This document shows positions 47,094 through 56,100 of a DNA stretch of 64,000 nt, in pieces. Below the pieces are notes generated by a model, which did no database searches, was not told the DNA's origin, and was given only the letters and a program-made list of their open reading frames with translations. Source of the DNA: a virus; IMG/VR virus record IMGVR_UViG_3300025626_002025. The stretch is one strand, 5' to 3'. Positions within the stretch are counted from its first letter, which is position 1. Each line of letters starts with the position of its first letter. Made by a program: the position numbers and the translations under genes.

Positions 47094-48034
47094 AAACCTT
47101 TTAATTTTTGTGATATAATATCACCGAATCCTGTTTGTTTGGATTCTTTTAATTTATTATTTACTTCTGTGAATCCCATATCAGATGCATCTTTATCTGT
47201 GGGTTTAATATTTTTTGTAGTGATTCCTTGATTTTGGAATTGCATAGTATAACGCAATGCTTGTTGTTGAGCATCTTCATCTAATAAGATGTTAATACTT
47301 TTTACTTCGTTTTTATAAATAGCTTCATTTAATTTAGTAGGAATAAATTTACCTAAAATTGGAATAGAATTTCTCTTAACAGCCATTGCATCAAATACAC
47401 CTTCTACTAATGTTATTGGTTCATTCCAATTTATTTGATTTTCAAACATGATAACATTCTTCGAAACTGGTGGATTTTTATATTTAAACTTTTCCTCAGG
47501 ATGTACAGACCTTGCGATGAAGTAATTGAGTCTATTGTCCAAATCATAGGAAGGAATGATAATACGATTGGAATACATACCACCATCACAATAACCGATA
47601 TTGTACTTTGTAATATCTTCTTTAGTAATACCTCTATCTTCAGCATACTTAAGAGCCTTTCTGTACACAGGATTTACTTTACCCTCTGGTACTTTTAGAA
47701 GTGATTTAAATTCAATTGGTAATCGTAACTCTACTTTTTCTTCTTCAGTATCTTTTGAGTAAACTATATAATCATCTCCATAGATTTCAAATAACTTTTT
47801 TAATCTACGAGCATCTACATGAAGTCTTTTTAATAACCTCTGTATCTTTCTTCCTTTTGCATCACATACCCAACAATGCCAATATTGTGTTTTTAAGTTA
47901 ACCTGTAACTTTTTCTTGTGGTGGTGACAGAATGGACAATGATGAGCTTGTTCATCATTTTTCATTGGTGTACCAACACCCAATACATCATTTAGTATGT
48001 TTATAACTTCTTGTTTCTCGTGATGTGAGAGCAT
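47090..48034 (-). CDS. dnaG: DNA primase (Zn finger + TOPRIM)
   Basis: CPFC...HCWVC zinc finger, RIIIP, YF.AR, KYKNP, LVEGVFDA, LDEDA. Confidence 0.92.
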   Translation of the reverse strand: MLSHHEKQEVINILNDVLGVGTPMKNDEQAHHCPFCHHHKKKLQVNLKTQYWHCWVCDAKGRKIQRLLKRLHVDARRLKKLFEIYGDDYIVYSKDTEEEKVELRLPIEFKSLLKVPEGKVNPVYRKALKYAEDRGITKEDITKYNIGYCDGGMYSNRIIIPSYDLDNRLNYFIARSVHPEEKFKYKNPPVSKNVIMFENQINWNEPITLVEGVFDAMAVKRNSIPILGKFIPTKLNEAIYKNEVKSINILLDEDAQQQALRYTMQFQNQGITTKNIKPTDKDASDMGFTEVNNKLKESKQTGFGDIISQKLKGL

Positions 48035-48053
48035 AATTACACTTTTAACAATA

Positions 48054-48084
48054 CAAATATACGAAAAATATTTTAATTTTCCAA
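48054..48084 (-). promoter_or_regulatory. Bacteroidota-type housekeeping promoter (-33 TTG, -7 TAnnTTTG) upstream of primase/sbcDC
   Basis: Minus strand reads CTTGGAAAATTAAAATATTTTTCG-TATATTTG-TA: TTG, 20-nt spacer, TATATTTG, 19 nt before the primase ATG. Confidence 0.7.
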
Positions 48085-48519
48085 GTCTTTTCTAAAAAAC
48101 TTTCCTAAAAGGTTATCATTTAGTGATAACTCATCTCCTAATACATTGTGAGAGAACTGTTCTTGTAGTTCATAATAGGTTAAAGCCTTCTTTCCTTTAC
48201 AGAATCTAAGTATTTCTAACTTTAATGTATCGTTTATCTTTCCCCTAGGTTCTTCTTCCAATGCCATAGCATTTGAATGAAACCAAAGTTGTACTGAAGC
48301 ATTTGATGAACGATAATCTAACCACTTAGATTCTTTTACTACTTTTCTTTTTCGTTTATAACCTTTTAATGGCGGTAATGTTCTGTGTGAATATAGGGAT
48401 TTTTTCCCAATATAATATTGACCAGTTTCTCCGTTGGTTATTTTGTATATGAATCCGATAGTACCTTCTGGCATATCTGATATCTCTGTTATACATTTTC
48501 CTTTATATGTCCATCCCAT
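48073..48519 (-). CDS. GIY-YIG-like domain protein
   Basis: GFIYKITN..TGQYYIGKK...W.DY.SS...EIL...E...N; likely start MGWTY. Confidence 0.78.
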   Translation of the reverse strand: MGWTYKGKCITEISDMPEGTIGFIYKITNGETGQYYIGKKSLYSHRTLPPLKGYKRKRKVVKESKWLDYRSSNASVQLWFHSNAMALEEEPRGKINDTLKLEILRFCKGKKALTYYELQEQFSHNVLGDELSLNDNLLGKFFRKDLEN

Positions 48520-49075
48520 AGTTAAAAATCTTGAAATCATTATAATACCTCTCTCTAACCCACTCTTTCATCCACTCTTCAGAATACAAATATTTGTAGT
48601 ATTTATGTTGATTTAAGTTAGGGTGTTTTTCGTAAATTGGATTACGGTTTATATGAGGAATATCTTCTTTTATATTTAATTTATTAAAAACATAATCAGT
48701 ATCTTCTTTAAAGTTTTCATATCTACCAATAAAGGTCATTTCTTTATCATTGGAATCTATCTGATGTGTGTAGTATGATTGGTTCAAAAACCACAAATCA
48801 TATGCATTTGCATTTTTTAAAAAATGCTCAAAACTCATATGTTGTGTTTTTCTAGTTTCATGAAAGTATGCTGATGCTATTCTTGTGAATGGATTTCTCA
48901 CAAAAGTAAATTTAAAATATTCCATCATGTTATACTCTAATATTCTTAGAGAATCGTGACCGGCAGGATTAGTAGTATTTGGTTGAACTCTTAATACCTG
49001 AGAAATACTTGTACCACCTGTTTTAGGAATATGAACATATGCCCATTTATCCTTCGAGTTAATATATAAACCCAA
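48503..49075 (-). CDS. Carbohydrate sulfotransferase (Sulfotransfer_2 family)
   Basis: 5'-PSB motif HIPKTGGTS, 3'-PB motif FVRNPFTRIASAY, IGRYEN, Y.NDF..FNY. Confidence 0.9.
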   Translation of the reverse strand: MGLYINSKDKWAYVHIPKTGGTSISQVLRVQPNTTNPAGHDSLRILEYNMMEYFKFTFVRNPFTRIASAYFHETRKTQHMSFEHFLKNANAYDLWFLNQSYYTHQIDSNDKEMTFIGRYENFKEDTDYVFNKLNIKEDIPHINRNPIYEKHPNLNQHKYYKYLYSEEWMKEWVRERYYNDFKIFNYGMDI

Positions 49076-49086
49076 AATCTAAGGTT

Positions 49087-49266
49087 TTAGCGTGAAACAG
49101 AATCGGAGTATTTTTTCTCGTTGAGTTTTCCACCCCTAGCTTTAGCTAAGTTTTCTTCATTTGATAAATCTTTACCACCATCCAAGTCGATTGGTGTTTT
49201 ATCATTTTTAGATTTGCCTACTTTTGCGAATTCTGATTTGTTGTATAGTTCTTCTATTGATGCCAT
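49087..49266 (-). CDS. Small 59-aa hypothetical protein (below ORF-track cutoff)
   Basis: MASIEELYNKSEFAKVGKSKNDKTPIDLDGGKDLSNEENLAKARGGKLNEKKYSDSVSR; AAAGGAG and ATATTTATA motif upstream; fills the gap. Confidence 0.75.
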   Translation of the reverse strand: MASIEELYNKSEFAKVGKSKNDKTPIDLDGGKDLSNEENLAKARGGKLNEKKYSDSVSR

Positions 49267-49289
49267 AATTTAGTATCTCCTTTGTATAA

Positions 49290-49298
49290 TATAAATAT
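49290..49298 (-). promoter_or_regulatory. Putative late promoter motif ATATTTATA
   Basis: 23 nt upstream of ATG 49266. Confidence 0.6.
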
Positions 49299-49301
49299 AG
49301 A

Positions 49302-50435
49302 TTAAGTATCGAAACGAACAATAAAGTTCATATCCATATCTGGTAAATTCTTAATTGGTGTTGGTAATTTTGCTACTGCAACCATATCTCCATCATCATC
49401 GTATAATGCAATAGTTGTAATAAATGGTGCTAGATAAGAACCGGTTGGGTCGGTTTGTCTATATGTATCATAATCATCCCAACTACCAGTTGAAGTTCCT
49501 ATTGAACCATAGAACTCACTTTTTTTGCTAATATCCAACACTTGTTTTATTTTTATACTACCATCTCGTGAATGTGTGCCTGTTCGAGTAACCTCATGAA
49601 ACTCAGGTGTAGCAAATAACTGAACATCTACTGCTGATGGATTTTGTGAGGTATTAAACTCACCTGCCTTAACACTAACAAGTACTTCAGTTTCATGTAT
49701 TGTTTTAGTACTTCGATATCCCATAGTATAATTATCAATAGGATAATCCCATACAACAAGTGTTCCATCTGAATAGAATACATTACCATATCTTGCTTCA
49801 TCGATTTCTAATCCATCGAAATCCATTGGTACTGCAGTAGTAATTGATGAATTGGTTAAATCTAATATGCCTACACTTACTTGGTCTGTATCACCATTAA
49901 AAGTCATTGTACTAACACCCGTATCAAAATCAATTCCTAAAAAACTACCTGAAAATAATTCGTTATCCGCATCTTTTAAAAGAATATCACCTGTTTCAAA
50001 ATCAATTGATTCTAGTCCATAGAGAGGTACAGATGATACAATATTTCCTTGCCCATCATCAGCAAAATCTATACTATTAGTAGGGTCTTTTAATGTAAGT
50101 GAATTCCTTTTTATTGCTTCACCATACTTTTCTTGGTCTATTGAAATAACATATGCAGTAGAACCAGTAACTCGGTATTTATCAATTCGGCCGATATCAG
50201 GAACTTCACCAAATAAAGTAAATGGATTTGTATCAGGATGATAATACTTAGAAGTTATAGATTTTAATAAAGGATGTGTAAATATCGTTCCTTGTTTATT
50301 AAATGAACCAGTATCAAAATCCCCTACCTCAAGTGAACCAGAAATTACTTCACTATCCTCTTTGGTTAGGGTGAATTTCTTGTACACAGGAAAACTCTTC
50401 CTCCATACCGCTGATTTAGGTATATTCTTTATCAT
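49302..50435 (-). CDS. Virion structural protein (baseplate/tail-associated)
   Basis: C-terminal EFN.SQNPS...ITTIALYDDDGDMVAVAKL..PI...FIVRFD, paralogous to 51149-52378; structural gene context. Confidence 0.7.
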   Translation of the reverse strand: MIKNIPKSAVWRKSFPVYKKFTLTKEDSEVISGSLEVGDFDTGSFNKQGTIFTHPLLKSITSKYYHPDTNPFTLFGEVPDIGRIDKYRVTGSTAYVISIDQEKYGEAIKRNSLTLKDPTNSIDFADDGQGNIVSSVPLYGLESIDFETGDILLKDADNELFSGSFLGIDFDTGVSTMTFNGDTDQVSVGILDLTNSSITTAVPMDFDGLEIDEARYGNVFYSDGTLVVWDYPIDNYTMGYRSTKTIHETEVLVSVKAGEFNTSQNPSAVDVQLFATPEFHEVTRTGTHSRDGSIKIKQVLDISKKSEFYGSIGTSTGSWDDYDTYRQTDPTGSYLAPFITTIALYDDDGDMVAVAKLPTPIKNLPDMDMNFIVRFDT

Positions 50436-50453
50436 AGTATTATTACTCCTCTA

Positions 50454-50462
50454 TATAAATAT
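50454..50462 (-). promoter_or_regulatory. Putative late promoter motif ATATTTATA
   Basis: 18 nt upstream of ATG 50435. Confidence 0.65.
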
Positions 50463-50475
50463 GATGAAATTAAAA

Positions 50476-51069
50476 TCATAGAAGTTCTTTGGATATTTGA
50501 TAATCTAACAAAGAAGTTATATCAGAATCAGGAGCTCCCATTCGTTGAGTAAAGTATTCATCACTCAAACTTTCTTCTCTTAGATAACCAGTATCTTTTA
50601 TAATATGCCACATATCATCCAGTCCTTTTATTAATCCACCTTTTTTATCTACACATTTTATTAGCTTTTTAGCTCCCGTAGGCCAAACCATATAACAAAG
50701 TATAGATGATTGTTTAGGCATTAACCAAAACACATCCAAATCTTTTTTTACGATATCTTCAAATTTAAAATCAATAGGTTTTATTATTTCAGTATCATCT
50801 TCAAATATAATGTAAGGGATATTATCTGATATACATTGTTTTAACATTAAGATATGTGATTTATTTGCACATACTAATGATGGTATGTGTATTTTATAAT
50901 GAGCATATATGTTACCATCAATCCAATTAGTATCGTATTCAGATAAGGTGTAATTTTTACCATCTAATCCATAAAAATATTCATATTGAAAATCAGAAAA
51001 TCTTGAATCAAAGAGTTCTCTTCTATCGTTTCTTCTTTTTAATGATAATACTTTTATTTTATAACTCAT
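50476..51069 (-). CDS. GT25-family glycosyltransferase
   Basis: VLSLKRRNDRR, GLDG, C..SH, IIFEDD, Y.V.P.GAKKL, D; likely start MSYKIK at 51069. Confidence 0.82.
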   Translation of the reverse strand: MSYKIKVLSLKRRNDRRELFDSRFSDFQYEYFYGLDGKNYTLSEYDTNWIDGNIYAHYKIHIPSLVCANKSHILMLKQCISDNIPYIIFEDDTEIIKPIDFKFEDIVKKDLDVFWLMPKQSSILCYMVWPTGAKKLIKCVDKKGGLIKGLDDMWHIIKDTGYLREESLSDEYFTQRMGAPDSDITSLLDYQISKELL

Positions 51070-51079
51070 GGGTAACAAC

Positions 51080-51104
51080 AAAAAACCCCACTCGTGGTGG
51101 GGTT
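51080..51104 (-). terminator. Rho-independent terminator
   Basis: Minus strand AACCCCAC-CACGA-GTGGGGTT followed by TTTTGTT, downstream of the 51149-52378 gene. Confidence 0.8.
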
Positions 51105-51148
51105 ATATTCGTGAACGTTATGTTTGCAACCACAACAATTCGTGTTTA

Positions 51149-52378
51149 TTAAAAGTCAAGTTTTACTTTGATTAATACTTCCTTATCAAATGATTTAGGA
51201 ACAGGTTGTGATGTTTTAGCTACTGCTAATATTTCATTTGAATCATTAAATAATCCAATTGTTGAAATAAAAGTTTTAGGGTCTGTTTCAAAAGTTGATT
51301 CAGCAAATGAACCATCTGAACCAGTTACAAATGTAGGATTGTTTGAGAAGTTAAATTCTCTGTTTGTTGCTCTTATGAAGTAATGTGAAGTAGAAACATT
51401 TTCTGTTCTTCTTGCTTCAAAATCATTACCACCTCGAATTGCTTCATGCAATAAGAAATGATTTTTACCTTCATATGCTTGTGATGTTGAAATACTTTTA
51501 CCACTATTTGAACCACTATCGATTGATGTTCCAATTATACTATGTACTGCTGATGGATTAAGTATTACTAATCCTTGGTCAGGATAAAATAAACCTAAAC
51601 CTTGACCAGTTGAAGCAGTAAGTGTATTTACAGTTGCTTCATTTTCAGTTCCTAAGTTAAGTGAACCACTACATACATTAAATACTCTACCTGATTTTCC
51701 AACACTATCTGAGAATTTCTTTCCACTATCATCAATAAAGGTTGAAATTCCATTAGAACCACTTAATTTTAATGACCAGTTTCCTGCATCCATTTTCTCT
51801 TTGTAACGGGCACGAGCTACATTGATTACATAGATATCATCGGAATCATGGATTCCTGCTGCTGATGAAGAAAAGAAAGTAAATTTAGTATCATCGTTAT
51901 CTAATAAGATTGAACGATATTGTGCATAAGTTGCTTTTGATGCTAAAGTTGATGTATCTGAGTTTGCTAACGAGATTGAACCACTACCTAGTATCTCACC
52001 ATATGCAACTGCATATTGTACAGCTGCTGATGTATCACTTGATGGATTCTTATCATATACATTTATATAATAATTTGAACTTCCTTGTCCAACTTCAGTT
52101 GATGAAGTAAAGAATGAAGTTAAACTTCCAGTATCACCACTCCAAAGTCCAGTTGTAACAACTTCTACTTTACCAGTAATTTGGTCAAATTCACCAAATC
52201 GTTTATAGATACCTTGTGCAATTGCTCCACCACTTGCACCCAATTTATCACCACCAGTTAAATACTGATTTACGATAGATGCTAATTGTTCAGAAGTAAG
52301 TGTACCTTGATTATCTGCCAAATAGGTAGATAACTCCGTTGTTAAATTTACTCCAGCTTGTCCTGATATTTGTGCCAT
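51149..52378 (-). CDS. Virion structural protein (baseplate/tail-associated)
   Basis: S/G/T-rich; C-terminal EFNFSNNPTF...ISTIGLFND.NEILAVAK.SQP..K...IKVKLDF. Confidence 0.7.
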   Translation of the reverse strand: MAQISGQAGVNLTTELSTYLADNQGTLTSEQLASIVNQYLTGGDKLGASGGAIAQGIYKRFGEFDQITGKVEVVTTGLWSGDTGSLTSFFTSSTEVGQGSSNYYINVYDKNPSSDTSAAVQYAVAYGEILGSGSISLANSDTSTLASKATYAQYRSILLDNDDTKFTFFSSSAAGIHDSDDIYVINVARARYKEKMDAGNWSLKLSGSNGISTFIDDSGKKFSDSVGKSGRVFNVCSGSLNLGTENEATVNTLTASTGQGLGLFYPDQGLVILNPSAVHSIIGTSIDSGSNSGKSISTSQAYEGKNHFLLHEAIRGGNDFEARRTENVSTSHYFIRATNREFNFSNNPTFVTGSDGSFAESTFETDPKTFISTIGLFNDSNEILAVAKTSQPVPKSFDKEVLIKVKLDF

Positions 52379-52407
52379 TTTTTATTTTCCTTTGTTTTAC
52401 TTTATTA

Positions 52408-53061
52408 TTAACCTAAGCTTCGTGTTGGTCTTACTAACTGTCTTAAATCTGTTACGGTTAGTGGAATAGTTTGTGAACCACCCGTTTCGTTTCCATAAAC
52501 AGTTATAGTTGTTTTAACTGAACCTCTTAAACTTGGGTTTGGTATGAATTGGAATGTTAATCCTGTTTCAATAGCTGCAGTTGCAGTTATTTCATCTCCT
52601 AAGAATGATGGTGTAGTTGCTGCTCCAGCTGCTAAACCACTACCAACGATAGTACCTGCATTTTTATTAGCTAGTATTACGGTATATCCACTTTGTGTAT
52701 TACCACTTGGTGAAGTTGTTGGTGATAACTGTACTTGTCCAGAATCTGAAGTTACTGCTATCGAAGGGATACCAAATTCTACTTTTGGAATTTTTGTAGT
52801 ACCTTTTGGTAAGGTAACTAATTTATGTCTCAATACTTGAGTTTCATCTGGTGAAGCTTCAGTAATTGGAATAGCTTTGATAGCGGCATCATAATATGCA
52901 CTTCCTTTTGGATGTGCGGGTTCGTAAAGGGTATAATCTATTTCATCATCGCCCAAAGCAAACTTTGTGATGTTTAAACCATCACCAGCTGCTAATTTCT
53001 CTCTACCCTTCTTCGTGAGAATCGCATCTACTGTGATTTCTGTATTATTTAAATAAGCCAT
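52408..53061 (-). CDS. Virion structural protein (tail/baseplate)
   Basis: MAYLNN..ITVDAILTKKGRE.LA.G..ITKFALGDDEIDY, resembling tail-fibre/baseplate N-terminal anchors; late-type motif upstream. Confidence 0.7.
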   Translation of the reverse strand: MAYLNNTEITVDAILTKKGREKLAAGDGLNITKFALGDDEIDYTLYEPAHPKGSAYYDAAIKAIPITEASPDETQVLRHKLVTLPKGTTKIPKVEFGIPSIAVTSDSGQVQLSPTTSPSGNTQSGYTVILANKNAGTIVGSGLAAGAATTPSFLGDEITATAAIETGLTFQFIPNPSLRGSVKTTITVYGNETGGSQTIPLTVTDLRQLVRPTRSLG

Positions 53062-53092
53062 AATTTAAATTCCTTGTTATTGTTGTTCAATA

Positions 53093-53101
53093 TATAAATA
53101 T
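53093..53101 (-). promoter_or_regulatory. Putative late promoter motif ATATTTATA
   Basis: 31 nt upstream of ATG 53061. Confidence 0.65.
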
Positions 53102-53131
53102 AAGTATTTTAAAAATTAGATAATATTTCTA

Positions 53132-56100
53132 CTAATCTACTTCTAAAATTGGTTCTCCACTTCCCCTTCCGCTATCAGATACCTTAAGAGTATTAGGATT
53201 AGTAGTAAATGTAACAATTGGCGAACCACCATCTAAAGTAGTTGCCGCAGTTTGTTTAGAGCCATTAAAAAATGAATTTTCCAATCCACTTGTTAAATCT
53301 CCAACGTTTCTATAATGTGTTGGGAAATATCCATTTAATGGAGTAACACCAACAACATCCCCACTTACAGTTGGGTCTACTGATTCATTTCCATCTGAAC
53401 CAGTAAATGGTAAAATATTTACAACTTCTTTAAATTTAGTTGTAGTTACAAATCGTGTACCTTGTGATGAATCTTGAGTTATGTTCTCAGGAATATCAAC
53501 TGTATATGATTTTTTTAGTAAAAATACTTTTACTCTTTCTTTTACAAGTTGTTTACTAGAATCAAATCTAGTTCTGATAGCGTTTGCATCATTTCCAAAT
53601 AATCCAAATCCTGCTACTGAAAGAGAATCTGGTCCTGTTCCTATCTGTGTGAACATATCAGACTCAAATTCACCACTAAGTGATTGACCAATTTCTGTAT
53701 TATTAATCGAAAGTGATAACCCAATATTTTCACCAGATAAAACGGTATTATCTTGAGTTAATATAGTACTATCTATTCCTATATTATCTGCAGATAATTC
53801 TCCAGATGTATCTAATGGTATAACTCCAGTGAAATCCTTAGATTCTGCCGAAAGATTGGTACTATTTTTAGTATCTATTACAGTTAGGTAATTTTTAGTT
53901 TCACCACTTGGTACTAAATCATTTACATTAATATTAGTTTTGTAATCTTTTTTAACCGCAGTTGATGGTTTCCATTCTGTTTTACTTCTTTCAAGAATAT
54001 GTGGTTCAATTAATAAACCTTCACTTGTTTGTGCTCTAACAGGTATTAAAGATAATATAATCTTAAATAATGATTGGTCAATATATCTAACTAATTGTAT
54101 ATATTCGTAAATATTTAAAGTATATCGGTCAAAGTAGTAGTTTCTTAATTGATTAAGTCTATTGTATGTTGGTTTATAATCATCAGATGGGTCTCCAATA
54201 TAATCATCTATATTAAACTCACCAAGTGAACGAATTATATCCATATTTATCTCTTTTGTTGGAGAGAAAAATAATCCTAATCTGTTTGAATCAACAGGAG
54301 ATTGGTCAAATGATTTTTTAGTAGCTCTACTTCTATAATTTAAATCCGATACTAATGTTTGTGTTTCAAATCTAACTTTATTTCCAAGACTATTACCCGT
54401 TGATGGTACAACTGCAGTTACTTCTCTATCATATGATTTATATTGAAATGGATATGAACTAATATCTGTAAAATTAGAAGCAATCGATTCAGTAACATAT
54501 GTTTGTATTATTGATACGTTTTTAATAGAGGTACTTGAGTATCTGTTTTTAGGATACTCATAATCATTTCTAAATAATAAATCAGTAGATGATGCAGATA
54601 TATGATTTCCATCTACTGCATCTGGTAATAATGTATGATTATCAATTCTTGATTGTGATAATGGAGTTCTCCATAATCTATACTCATCAACCGAAGCAGT
54701 TAAGTTAGTACCACCTAACGTTAGTAAACTACCACTCTTCCACGAATTTGTTCCTGAACGTATTTCTAAACTTGAACTAAGTTTAGTTCTAATTCTTCCT
54801 TGAAATGATTCCTGTGCATATACATCAAATTTATCAAATGAACCAGATACTACTTTTTGTACTACTATTTGAGTATATTCATCATTAAATAAAGAACCAG
54901 TTCCAGTTGAAGATGAAAGTATAGTATTACTTCCACTAATTTTAAATTGTACTTCTGCAAGAGAACCTGTATTTGCGATTAAATTCAATGACCACCCATC
55001 GGTACTCACTATCTCTTGGTCTTGTCTTTGTTCTGAGTTTATTCTTAGTTCAACTGCATTAGGATAATCATCACTAAATACTGATGTGTGTTCTTTCCAA
55101 GGTAAAGTAATAGCTGCAGAACCACTTAGTAATATTGAAGCAGTTCTATCATCATATGTGAATTTGGTTGGAGTATCTCCATCCGGGTCACTAGGTCCTC
55201 CAAATTCCATCACAGTCAGTAATGAAGCAGGAACACCATAACAACTTAACGCTGCGGATATTGCTCGTTTTGTACCTTTATGTTTATACAAATATGGTAG
55301 ATTGTTTAATAATCTTCTCCATATTTCATTTTGTCTATCCTTACCACTTAAGGAAGTTGTTTTATTACCATCCTTATCTTTACCAAATGCATATTCCCAA
55401 AGTGCTTGTCCAGAAACACCCATATCCGCATTCCATCCCAAGGATTCTAACATATGATATAACATAGTATCATCTATACCATATTCATGGGTATTTTCAA
55501 TTCTATTACTTTTAGATATTGCTTTGATATGTGTGTATATAACATCAAAGTGTTGTCCAATCATATCAGAGAATAAAATGAAATCAGAATTGTTTTCATC
55601 ATCTTTAATATGTTTTGGTAAATTAAATGATAATCGAGATGTGTTATTATAATCAAATGATTGAGCTGAATTTAATATTCCAGCAAACCAACTTATAGTA
55701 GATGAGTCATCTGATGATGAAAGTGTATTCTCTCCCGCTCCAGGATACGTTAATGAACCTGTTTCGTTATATAGATATTTTTCAAAAGAATCAAATCCCC
55801 TTCTTACTTCACCTATTTTAAATTGTATATTTTTAGCTTCTTGAGTTGTTGCAATTGATGAAGTTAGTGAATTTACAATATCATATTTAGATTGATATGA
55901 TTCTAATAATTTTACTTTATAGTAAAAATTTTGAACTCTCTCATCTGCAGATGAATATTTAATAAACTCTTTCCAATTATAATCTTCATCACCAGTTTGT
56001 TCTAATATTAGTCCAGTACCAACTTCATTTATTATTGAAGATTGGCTTACAAATTCTATATTTAAATTATCTAATGAAAAATTACTAGATGATACAAATT

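Noticed and set aside
48073-48519. Mobile homing endonuclease or intron
   Set aside because: Short GIY-YIG-like domain without a DNA-binding extension, and no interrupted gene nearby.
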